A program made the position numbers and the translations under genes. Of a DNA stretch of 64,000 nucleotides, positions 20,817-29,712 are shown piece after piece. How positions within the stretch are numbered: position 1 is the stretch's first letter; each line of letters begins with the position of its first letter. The notes beneath the pieces were generated by a model. That model saw only the letters and a list, made by a program, of their open reading frames with translations, had not been told where the DNA came from and did not search any database. The DNA is from a virus. The stretch spans positions 20,044 to 84,043 of IMG/VR virus record IMGVR_UViG_3300025121_000035; one strand, written 5' to 3'.

Positions 20817-21002
20817 ATGGAAGAACGTATAACATTAGATCAACTTATTGAATTAGTCGAAGAAGTTAGAAAAGATTATGATAAGTTTTATGATAAAGGA
20901 GTTAAAGCTGCCGCTACTCGTCTTAGAAAAGGATTACAAGATATAATCAAAATATCGAAAGATATGAGAGTTCAAGCAATCGAACACAAAAAATCATTAT
21001 AA
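20817..21002 (+). CDS. Histone H1-like (Hc1 family) nucleoid protein
   Basis: D..KF..KG.KAAATR.RK.LQ.I......R pattern of the short Hc1-like proteins found in Bacteroidota. Confidence 0.75.
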   Translation: MEERITLDQLIELVEEVRKDYDKFYDKGVKAAATRLRKGLQDIIKISKDMRVQAIEHKKSL

Positions 21003-21005
21003 AAG

Positions 21006-21040
21006 AAAAAAAGGGATATATAATTTATATCCCTTTTTTT
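21006..21040. terminator. Bidirectional rho-independent terminator
   Basis: A7-GGGATATA...TATATCCC-T7 between convergent genes. Confidence 0.85.
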
Positions 21041-21041
21041 G

Positions 21042-21057
21042 TGTTCCACGTGGAACA
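21042..21057. promoter_or_regulatory. parS-like palindrome TGTTCCACGTGGAACA
   Basis: Perfect 16-bp palindrome matching the chromosomal parS consensus TGTTNCACGTGNAACA. Confidence 0.8.
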
Positions 21058-21088
21058 ATTATTTAATTTTTATCTTTTTTATATAAAT

Positions 21089-21135
21089 CGTCAAATTCAT
21101 CTATTAAACTAAAGATTTATCGATTTTCTTTGACG
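21089..21135 (-). mobile_element. Orphan IS200/IS605-type left-end hairpin
   Basis: CGTCAAAGAAAATCGATAAATCTTTAGTTTAATAGATGAATTTGACG on the minus strand closely resembles the left end at 40223-40268. Confidence 0.6.
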
Positions 21136-21166
21136 TATAATATAAATTATACTCTTTGATAAGTAA

Positions 21167-21520
21167 TTATTCTACTTTTAAAATATCTTTAAACGCTTTT
21201 TTAAAACTTTCTTTTGGCATACCACCATGTGACATTTGAGGTTGTTCGTTCATAGGTATAAATAACAGTGATGGAATACTTTGAATACCAAATGCTGATG
21301 CTAATTCGTGTTCTTCTTCAGTATTAATTTTGTATATATCTATTTTTCCATCATATTCTTTACTTAATTCATCAAGAATAGGCGCAATAGATTTACAGGG
21401 CATACACCAGTCTGCATACCAGTCAATTAAAGTAGGTTTATCACCTTCAAATTTCCAATCTTTATTTTTTTCATAATCGAATACTTTTGTTTTAAATGTT
21501 TCTGTTGTTAAATTTTCCAT
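21167..21520 (-). CDS. trxA: Thioredoxin
   Basis: WYADWCMPCK active site and FGIQSIP; Bacteroidota-like N-terminus FKTKVFDYEKNKDWKFEG. Confidence 0.92.
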   Translation of the reverse strand: MENLTTETFKTKVFDYEKNKDWKFEGDKPTLIDWYADWCMPCKSIAPILDELSKEYDGKIDIYKINTEEEHELASAFGIQSIPSLLFIPMNEQPQMSHGGMPKESFKKAFKDILKVE

Positions 21521-21561
21521 AATTTTATAATTATTTTTTTAGTTATATGTTTCCTTAACAT

Positions 21562-21602
21562 ATCAATTATAATGCCTAATAATTAAATCGGCAACATTGT
21601 CA
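21562..21602 (-). promoter_or_regulatory. Sigma54-like promoter (AGGCA-N6-TTGAT) with upstream TGACA box, before trxA
   Basis: Same layout as the sites upstream of dnaK and hsp20. Confidence 0.5.
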
Positions 21603-21651
21603 TATTTATATAGTTTTAAATTTGTAAAGTTTAATTTAATATATAATAGAT

Positions 21652-22413
21652 ATGAAAACATTTAAACAATTTAATGAAAGTGTAAAAGATTTACTGATTG
21701 GTAAATCTGATGAAGAAATTATTAGATTATTAAATAGATTATCACCAAATGAAATGTTGATTACTTCTATTCAAAATAATTATATTTATGGTGTAAAAAA
21801 ATCTATAGAATTAGGTGCTTCCATTGACACCGAAGAATCTAAACCAATTAAGATAGCGAGTGAAAAGGGATATGTAGATATAGTTAAAATATTACTAAAT
21901 AATAATGCTAATCCATTTAAAGTACATATTATAAATAGTGAAAAATATGATGAAATATATAATTTAATTTCTAAATATAGAAATAAGTCAGTTAATGAAT
22001 CAGTAAGAGATCTACTTCAACCAAAATCTGATGATGAAATGATTAAAGCATTAGAAGGTTTATCTGATTCAGATAAGATTATACAAATAATTAAATATCA
22101 ATTAGATTATGATTTACTACCTAGAAATAGTGAAGGTATTTGTACTTTTTATGGTCATTTAGATTGTGAACAGAACCAATTAACTAGTTTACCTGATAAT
22201 TTAGTTGTAAATGGTGATTTATATTGTTATCATAATCAATTAACTAGTTTACCAGAAAACTTAGTTGTTAAAGGTAATTTAGATTGTAGTTATAATGAAT
22301 TAAAAAGTTTACCCGAAAATTTAGTTGTTAAAGGTGATTTATATTGTAGAGATAATCCGTTACCAAAAAATATTAAAAAACCAAAAGGTGTAAAAGGAGA
22401 ACTTATATTATGA
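21652..22413 (+). CDS. Two-module protein: leader plus ankyrin, then leader plus LRR
   Basis: MKTFKQFNESVKDLLIGKSDEE; ankyrin IASEKGYVDIVKILLNNNAN; internal VNESVRDLLQPKSDDE; LRR repeats. Confidence 0.8.
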   Translation: MKTFKQFNESVKDLLIGKSDEEIIRLLNRLSPNEMLITSIQNNYIYGVKKSIELGASIDTEESKPIKIASEKGYVDIVKILLNNNANPFKVHIINSEKYDEIYNLISKYRNKSVNESVRDLLQPKSDDEMIKALEGLSDSDKIIQIIKYQLDYDLLPRNSEGICTFYGHLDCEQNQLTSLPDNLVVNGDLYCYHNQLTSLPENLVVKGNLDCSYNELKSLPENLVVKGDLYCRDNPLPKNIKKPKGVKGELIL

Positions 22414-23048
22414 TAAAAACATATAAACAATATAATGAGTCAGTAAAAGATTTACTTAAAGGCAAGTCCGATGAAGATGTAAAAAAAGGGTTAGAAGGAT
22501 TATCTGATTTAGATAAAATATCTACTATCAGTAGATATAATATAAATCAAAAATTTTTACCTTCAGATGAAAATATTAAAAAAATTTTAAGCAAATTTAA
22601 ATTATTTGATATATTATTTTTTGTAAAAGGAAACAATCTACCTATTAGATTTATGCCATCAGATGAAGAAATAGAAAAAGAATTAGATAAATTAACATAT
22701 AAAAAAAGAATAGATACAATAGAAAGATTTAAATTATCAGATAAATTTTTACCAAAAAGAGCAAAAACTCAAAGATTACAAACTATACAAAAAATTCGTG
22801 AAATAATAAAACAACGCGGATCATTTAATAACTTTAAAAGTACATATATTTTAGATAGATTCATTTGGTGGGATAATAATTATGATGCACTTTTATTAGC
22901 AGAAATAGGATATAATGGAATAGTATGTTATGGTTATATTAATCAAATAGATAATAAAATTAAATATAAATATGATGATTTGGATTATTTTACAGTTAAT
23001 TTTATTATGAAAGTATTAAAAAATCAAATTAAAGAAGGTAGATTTTAA
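22410..23048 (+). CDS. Leader-family hypothetical protein
   Basis: MIKTYKQYNESVKDLLKGKSDED, followed by K(F/Y)(L/M)PSDE repeats shared with the 684-aa ORF. Confidence 0.75.
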   Translation: MIKTYKQYNESVKDLLKGKSDEDVKKGLEGLSDLDKISTISRYNINQKFLPSDENIKKILSKFKLFDILFFVKGNNLPIRFMPSDEEIEKELDKLTYKKRIDTIERFKLSDKFLPKRAKTQRLQTIQKIREIIKQRGSFNNFKSTYILDRFIWWDNNYDALLLAEIGYNGIVCYGYINQIDNKIKYKYDDLDYFTVNFIMKVLKNQIKEGRF

Positions 23049-23123
23049 CCTAAATCATGAACTATCAACTACACTAAATATGCTTTGTTAGTCAAAAAAT
23101 TTTAAACAGATTTATAAAAATAT

Positions 23124-23783
23124 TTAATAACTTAATATAAAATTTACATATACAACATAAGATACTTTAACACACTTTCCTCTTTGTTTTCCTGGAATAT
23201 AGTCTGGTAAATTATTGATAACTCTTAATGCTTCTTTATCTAAATTTGGATCTACACCTTTTAATATTTTAACATTAGATACTTTACCTTTTTCATTTAC
23301 AACAAATTGAACATATACTTTACCTTGTATATTATTTTCTTTACATATTTCCGGATATTTAATATTTTTTGTTATATATGTATGAACATTACCTTGTGTA
23401 AATATTGGCATTTCTTCCACAATAATAAACGGAACATCTGATATTTCTTCTTCATCATCTAATTCAGGTATATTAATTTCTATATCTTCATTTGATTCTG
23501 TATTTTCTATTTCCAATTCTTCTTTTATTTCTATATTATCTGCAACTATATTTATAACTTCTATAACTTTTGGTATAGGGGGTTTTATCTTTTCAGTTCT
23601 TGTAATAGGAATTATTTCTTCGTCAATTATAGTTATAGGTAATTCACCTAAATCATGTATAGTTTTAGTACTATTCCATTCAAAAGCAATTAACATTAAT
23701 ACTAATGCAATTACAAAACCTATTTGTAAAAAAATACTTCTTTGGTTTTCTAAATTTACTTTATCTGATTTTTTCTGTTCCAT
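23124..23783 (-). CDS. tonB: Energy transducer TonB (Bacteroidota type)
   Basis: N-terminal TM helix ending AFEW; TonB_C motif VEEMP.F..G, IKYP....NIQGKVYVQFVV...LDKEALRV...PGKQRGK.V.V. Confidence 0.88.
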   Translation of the reverse strand: MEQKKSDKVNLENQRSIFLQIGFVIALVLMLIAFEWNSTKTIHDLGELPITIIDEEIIPITRTEKIKPPIPKVIEVINIVADNIEIKEELEIENTESNEDIEINIPELDDEEEISDVPFIIVEEMPIFTQGNVHTYITKNIKYPEICKENNIQGKVYVQFVVNEKGKVSNVKILKGVDPNLDKEALRVINNLPDYIPGKQRGKCVKVSYVVYVNFILSY

Positions 23784-23824
23784 AATTTTTAATTTTTATT
23801 ATAATAAAACAAAAACCATACCAA

Positions 23825-24664
23825 TTATAGACTATCAAAATATGTCATATCACTGATACTTGAATCATCTGACCAGTGAGCTGATGTAAATTTACCTTTC
23901 GGAGATACAGTAACACCAATTAAATGTCTTTTATCAGATATAGATTTTGTAAAATCATATATAAAATACTGATTAGTAAATGGATTAACATAACTATTCC
24001 ACATACTTTCAGATGTACTAATACACCAATGTTTTGATCCAATTGCACAAGATGCTTTATAATTATTTACTTGTAATACTAATAATTCTGGTGTAGATAT
24101 TTTAATTTCTATATCACCGTTTTCTACAAAACTATCTATTTTTTTTAACATTGTTTCTAAATTATAATTACCAGATAAATTAGTGATTAGTGATTTAGTA
24201 TCATTAATTAAGTCATGTACATTTTTATATTTACCACCTTTTTTAGAATAGAAATCTATAATATTTTTAGACCATTGGCTATTTAATTTAATTAATGATT
24301 TTAATTCATCATTAGCTAATTCTCTTGTTCTTGATGGTAATGCTTTTAATACTTGATTAATCTTTGTATTAATTTCAAAATCTTGTATATAATCAAATAA
24401 ATCTTCAAACTTTTTAAAAGTATCTACTGGTTTATCTATTTTAATTTCATCTAATAATTTTAATAATTCTTCTAAACGACTAATATCAATTCTTTCTTCA
24501 AAATACCATTCGGTAAATTTTCCTAAATATCCGGGATTATTTTTAAATAATTCCTTTAATTTTAAGAATCTTTCATCATTTTCTTTAATATGATGTTTTC
24601 TTAATACTGTTAAAGCTTTCTGCTTATTTTCGAATATTTTATATGTTGCTAAATTTTTAAACAT
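23825..24664 (-). CDS. Hypothetical phage protein (AS..IG...WCIS motif)
   Basis: 279-aa ORF beginning LATYKIFE, a variant of the leader. Confidence 0.65.
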   Translation of the reverse strand: MFKNLATYKIFENKQKALTVLRKHHIKENDERFLKLKELFKNNPGYLGKFTEWYFEERIDISRLEELLKLLDEIKIDKPVDTFKKFEDLFDYIQDFEINTKINQVLKALPSRTRELANDELKSLIKLNSQWSKNIIDFYSKKGGKYKNVHDLINDTKSLITNLSGNYNLETMLKKIDSFVENGDIEIKISTPELLVLQVNNYKASCAIGSKHWCISTSESMWNSYVNPFTNQYFIYDFTKSISDKRHLIGVTVSPKGKFTSAHWSDDSSISDMTYFDSL

Positions 24665-24738
24665 TTTGAATATATTTATTTTTATTATTATATATTAATT
24701 TTTATTTTTATATATTAATTTTTATTTTTAAAAAATTG

Positions 24739-25350
24739 TTAAAGTTTACCGTTTATATCATCTTTATAAAATTCATTACTATCTTGATATATCTTTTTTA
24801 ATATAATGACACTTTCTGGTATTTTTACAAATTCTTCGTATTGTTGATTAAAACAAGCAAACCAACCATGTACAATCAAATCGTCAGGTACTTCTTTGAT
24901 ATAATTTTCTGAAACATCTAAATTACCATAAACTGTAAATTGTTTAGGCAATTCTGTTAATAAATTTTCTGATAAAAAAATATCATTACCTACTTTAAGA
25001 GATTTTGGTATGTTTCTAATATTATTTCGGCAACAATAGAAATTTTTATCAACTGTTATATTTTTACCTATTTTTTTCATTCCTGTAAAATTAACTTTTA
25101 CTGAACCATGAACGTGTAAATTATTAGGTAGTTCTTCTACTATTTGTTCTTCTATATTTAAATCTTCATGAATATGACAAATGCCATTTTCGTCTCTTGG
25201 TAATAATTCAAATGGTAAATTATATTTAATAATTTCTATTTTCTTCTCTTCATCATTTAAATGTTTTAATTTATCTAATATATATTCATATGATTTACCT
25301 TGAAGTGAATCATATATATTCTCATTTATAAATTCTTTAAAATTTTTCAT
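24739..25350 (-). CDS. Divergent LRR protein with leader motif
   Basis: MKNFKEFINENIYDSLQGKS, LLPRDENGIC, and LPxxLxVxG repeats. Confidence 0.75.
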   Translation of the reverse strand: MKNFKEFINENIYDSLQGKSYEYILDKLKHLNDEEKKIEIIKYNLPFELLPRDENGICHIHEDLNIEEQIVEELPNNLHVHGSVKVNFTGMKKIGKNITVDKNFYCCRNNIRNIPKSLKVGNDIFLSENLLTELPKQFTVYGNLDVSENYIKEVPDDLIVHGWFACFNQQYEEFVKIPESVIILKKIYQDSNEFYKDDINGKL

Positions 25351-25380
25351 AAAACTATATATAAATAATTGAAAATTATA

Positions 25381-25728
25381 TTATTCATTTAGTTCTATAC
25401 GTTGATTTTCATTGTTTAATAATTCTTCTGTTTGTTTAGGTGTAGTTATATATCCAAACCCTATAGTTGGAATAGTACTTGCTATAGTTCCTTCTAATTT
25501 TCCATAATCAATATCTTCATATTTAATCAAAATATATCCATCACCATATTTTTTTATTACTTTAAATCGCCTTGGATTACAAATACAACTATGAGTAAGT
25601 GAATATGTTTTTGATTCCCAACAATCATACGATAAACCTTCTATAATTAAAGGTCTTAGATATTTACCATCATTTAATGACCATAACCCATCTGTTCTAA
25701 CACCGTATTTTTTTTGTTCCATTTTCAT
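25381..25728 (-). CDS. Hypothetical protein
   Basis: ORF track. Confidence 0.55.
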   Translation of the reverse strand: MKMEQKKYGVRTDGLWSLNDGKYLRPLIIEGLSYDCWESKTYSLTHSCICNPRRFKVIKKYGDGYILIKYEDIDYGKLEGTIASTIPTIGFGYITTPKQTEELLNNENQRIELNE

Positions 25729-26351
25729 AATATTCTTTTATTTAATGGATAGTCCACTTGAATTCCAATAATATCACCTTTTTTACAAATAGTTTTATGA
25801 AAACTTTCTACATTTTTAACATCATAGATTTCTCCATCAATTTCTACTTTCGGGTAAAGATCATCAAATTGTCCAGGCTTTCTTATCATATCATTTTTAA
25901 CACTAAATACAGTATGATTATTAGCAGTATATTTATTTATTGATTTAAATTTCTTAATATTTTTAGTTTCACCGTAATATAAATTCATACATATTATTTT
26001 AAATAATTCCCGGTCTCCGTTTTCTGGTGATCTTATTTTAAAACCAAACCCATAATCATTTTCATCACCTCCCATTTGGTCAATATATCTATCACTTGGT
26101 TCTATACTACATAACCAATTATATACAAAATCAAAACAAATATTTTCATTTATAGGATTTTGAAAATATTCTGCATTTTCTTTTTTACCCCAATATAATA
26201 TTAATTCGTTTTTATATTTAATAAAACAAGTTGCTTTATTATGTGTAGAAAATGCAATTTTAATAGCATTATTTAATACTTCAATAGAGTCAGATTTTAT
26301 ATCGAATGAATTTATAATTGCATTCTTATATAATTTATTTTCGTTTATCAT
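25725..26351 (-). CDS. Hypothetical protein
   Basis: ORF track. Confidence 0.6.
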   Translation of the reverse strand: MINENKLYKNAIINSFDIKSDSIEVLNNAIKIAFSTHNKATCFIKYKNELILYWGKKENAEYFQNPINENICFDFVYNWLCSIEPSDRYIDQMGGDENDYGFGFKIRSPENGDRELFKIICMNLYYGETKNIKKFKSINKYTANNHTVFSVKNDMIRKPGQFDDLYPKVEIDGEIYDVKNVESFHKTICKKGDIIGIQVDYPLNKRIL

Positions 26352-26367
26352 GATATTAATTATATAA

Positions 26368-26529
26368 TCAAAAACAAAGAAAGTTATATTCCTAAAAAAA
26401 TATTTATCTAATGAAAAAAACGGGTTTTATGGTAAAAAACATAGTGAAGAAACTAAATTAAAAATGACAGAAACTCGAAAAAGAAAAAAAGAATTATTAA
26501 AAAATAAAAGGAATTTAAAAAACGTGTAG
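26368..26529 (+). pseudogene. NUMOD3 homing-endonuclease remnant
   Basis: The frame reads EKNGFYGKKHSEETKLKM, with no usable start upstream (ATG 26350 is followed by an in-frame TAA). Confidence 0.55.
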
Positions 26530-26537
26530 GATGATAT

Positions 26538-26568
26538 AAAAAAAAGGGGATTTAAAATCCCCTTTTTT
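26538..26568 (-). terminator. Rho-independent terminator after dnaK
   Basis: AAAAAAGGGGATTT-AAATCCCCTTTTTT inverted repeat. Confidence 0.85.
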
Positions 26569-26571
26569 GTT

Positions 26572-28705
26572 TTACTTTATTTCCTCGAAATCTACATCTT
26601 CTGCACTATTATCTGGTTTTGGTTCAGATGTCTGTTCAGTTTGAGTTTGTTGATACATTTTAGTTGAAACTTCATTCCACAAAGCAGTTAAACTTTCCAT
26701 ATCGGTTTTGATTTTATCTAAATCTTTTGCTTTATGAGATTCTTTTAAGATATCTACTTTTTCTTGTAATTTTGTTTTTTCATTATCAGATATTTTATCA
26801 CCAAACTCTTTAATTTGTTTTTCAGTTTGGAAAATCATAGAATCTGCATTATTTAATAATTCAACTTCTTCTTTAGCTTTTTTATCAGCTTCGGCATTAT
26901 TTTCAGCATCTTTCTTCATTGTTTCTATTTCTGTATCAGATAAATTAGAAGATCCTTCAATTCTAATAGATTGTTTTTTATTAGTTCCTTTATCTTCCGC
27001 TGTTACGTTCAATATACCGTTTACATCCAAATCAAATGATACTTCTATTTGCGGAGTTCCTCGAAATGCTGGTGGGATACCGTCTAAATGAAATCTTCCT
27101 AAACTTTTATTATCTCTTGCCATTGGTCGTTCTCCTACCAAAATATTAATTTCTACAGATGGCTGATTATCAGATGCTGTAGAAAAAATTTGAGATTTAG
27201 TTGTTGGAATAGTTGTATTAGCTTCTATTATTTTAGTGGAAACACCGCCCATAGTTTCAATAGATAGTGATAATGGTGTAACATCTAAAAGTAATACATC
27301 ATTAACATCACCACTTAAAATTCCTCCCATTATTGCTGCCCCAATAGCAACTGATTCATCAGGATTAATTGCCTTAGATGGATCTTTACCAAATACTTCT
27401 TTAACAATTGCTTGAACTGCTGGAATTCTTGAAGAACCACCAACTAATAAAATTTCATCAATATCAGATGCTTTAAAACCAGAATCTTTTAATGCTTTAA
27501 TACAAGGTTGTTTTAAACGTTGTAACAAAGAATCTGATATTTTTTCAAAATCTGATCGACTTATTGTTCTTACTAAATGTTTAGGCATTCCATCAACTGG
27601 AATAATATATGGTAAATTTACTTCTGTTGAAGATGAAGATGATAATTCAACTTTAGCTTTTTCGGCTGCTTCTTTTAATCTTTGATAAGCCATTTTATCT
27701 TTTCTTAAATCAACACCATATTCTTTTTGAAAATCATCTGCTAAAAAATCGATAAGTAAATCATCGAAATTATCACCACCTAAATTAACATCACCATTAG
27801 TTGATTTTACTTCGAATACACCATCACCTAATTCCAATATAGAAACATCATATGTACCACCACCAAGATCGAACACAACGATTTTTTTATCTGATTTATC
27901 TTTATCTACTCCATAAGCTAAAGATGCGGCAGTTGGTTCATTAATAATTCTTAATACATTAAGTCCTGCTATTTTTCCAGCTTCTTTAGTAGCTGTTCTT
28001 TCAGCATCATTAAAATATGCCGGAACAGTAATAACGGCATCTGTTACATCTACACCTAGATATTCTTCCGCAGTTTTCTTCATTTTTTGAAGAACCATTG
28101 CAGATATTTCTTGAGGTGTATATTTATTATCGCCTATTTGAACAACAGCTAATCCATTATTTCCTTCGACTATTTTAAATGGTAATTTAATATTTTTAAC
28201 ATCTTTATATTTTTTACCAATTATTCTTTTTATACTGTAAATAGTATCTGGATTTGTAATCATTTGTCTTTTAGCTGGTTCTCCAACTTTTCTTTCACCA
28301 TCTTTTAAAAAAGATATAATTGAAGGTGTCGTTCTTTTACCTTCACTATTAGCTATTACTATTGGTTGTCCTGCTTCAATTACTGATACACAAGAATTTG
28401 TTGTTCCTAAATCACTTTACCACGCTTAATTTCTTAAGCCAATTTTACTTGTTGTAGTCTGGACTATACCATCATCCTATAAGGATGGAGTTATTATAGT
28501 CTCTGAACCTTCACCATATTTTAACAACTTAGGTGCTTGGATGCTGATTGCCCAATATTATATTTTTTCAAACTTTCACAACTATCGTTTCCAATTTTGT
28601 TGTAGTAATATAATCTTAAGGGGTTTCCAGCAGTTTAAACTCTTTAACCATTATATGTTACCATATAAAGGGGACTGGTATGTTAATCCCGATTGTTTTT
28701 CTCAT
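26572..28705 (-). CDS. dnaK: DnaK/Hsp70, spliced from exon1 28686-28705 and exon2 26572-28414 (620 aa)
   Basis: Joined exons give [18 protein letters not shown]...RTTPS. Also [22 protein letters not shown] and GGSSRIP. Confidence 0.93.
28415..28685 (-). ncRNA. Group I self-splicing intron, 271 nt, no ORF
   Basis: The 5' exon ends in U and pairs with the guide (GGGAU with GUCCC, G-U wobble). P AACUGCUGGAAA, Q AAUCAGCA, R GUUCAGAGACUA and S GGUAUAGUCC are present, and the intron ends in G. Removal restores GIDLGT. Confidence 0.92.
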
Positions 28706-28760
28706 AATTTTTAATTTTTAATTTTTTTAATTTTTTATTTATTTTAATTGTTTTTATATT

Positions 28761-28800
28761 ATCAAAACGTATGCCATTCAAAATATGTGTCATACTGTCA
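28761..28800 (-). promoter_or_regulatory. Sigma54-like promoter TGGCA-N6-TTGAT with upstream TGACA-N3-TGACA, before dnaK
   Basis: Minus strand reads TGACAGTATGACA-N11-TGGCATACGTTTTGAT. Confidence 0.6.
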
Positions 28801-29521
28801 TATTTTTTATTTTATTATTTAACATTAATTCCCAATCTTGTCTATTGTAATTAGTTATACTATGACAATTATAACATAAGGATATTAAATTTGTTTCTAA
28901 TATATTTGTCTTATTATAATCTATATGATGTATTGCTAATTTTTGAGTTTGTTTATTACATATACAACATTTATAATTATCTCTTTTTTTAATTTTTTCT
29001 TTTAAATTTTTATTAAATTCAAAAGGATATGGTTCATTAGAAATACCACCTTTCCAATTAGGATGATTTTCACCTTTTGGTGTATTTTCTAACAATTTAT
29101 TATATCCATCTATATCATAAGACCATTTACTTTCTCTTGATTTTCTTGCCCATTGCTTATATTCTTCTGTATGTTCTTTTCCATAAAAAGGATTTTTTTC
29201 ACCACATCTAGGATTATCTATTAAATATTTTTTTAAACTATTTGATACTTTTTTGGCAACATTTTCATTTTTTGTTGGGTTTTTATCTCCTTTTACTCTA
29301 ACACTTGTTTCTTCTCTTATTCTATCTGCTACTTCTTTACCTACTCTATCTTCCCATTTAATTTGGCGTTGCCATTTATTTTGACATTTCAAAGAACAAA
29401 ATCTTCTATTTTCTTGTGATTTAACTATTTTACCATAATTTTTTCTATATTTATTAGTTACTAAGGTAAGTTCTATCATATTATCACATAATTCACATTT
29501 TCTATATCTATATTTTTCCAT
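28790..29521 (-). CDS. HNH homing endonuclease (NUMOD3 plus HNH)
   Basis: GEKNPFYGKEHTEE, GENHPNWKGG, RDNYKCCIC...HHIDYNK.N....NLISLC..CH. Confidence 0.85.
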   Translation of the reverse strand: MEKYRYRKCELCDNMIELTLVTNKYRKNYGKIVKSQENRRFCSLKCQNKWQRQIKWEDRVGKEVADRIREETSVRVKGDKNPTKNENVAKKVSNSLKKYLIDNPRCGEKNPFYGKEHTEEYKQWARKSRESKWSYDIDGYNKLLENTPKGENHPNWKGGISNEPYPFEFNKNLKEKIKKRDNYKCCICNKQTQKLAIHHIDYNKTNILETNLISLCYNCHSITNYNRQDWELMLNNKIKNMTV

Positions 29522-29712
29522 ATTTAATATTTTTATATTTATATATTAAATATCAAAACCCCAAAAATATACATTATTTTTGGGGTTGTCTTGTTTTAAT
29601 TTTTATGTCATTATGACAGTTTAATATGTTATATATGATGCTAAAAGAATAACTATAAAAAAAGCGGACTAAATATTTTTTTATATATAAATAAAAAAAA
29701 TAAAAGTCTATT

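Noticed and set aside
17622-22413. Diversity-generating retroelement acting on the LRR genes
   Set aside because: No RT or non-coding template repeat was seen, and differences are not confined to adenines.
26572-28263. N-terminally truncated DnaK pseudogene, as the ORF track implies
   Set aside because: The frame continues to 28414, and the missing start is supplied by exon 1 across the group I intron.
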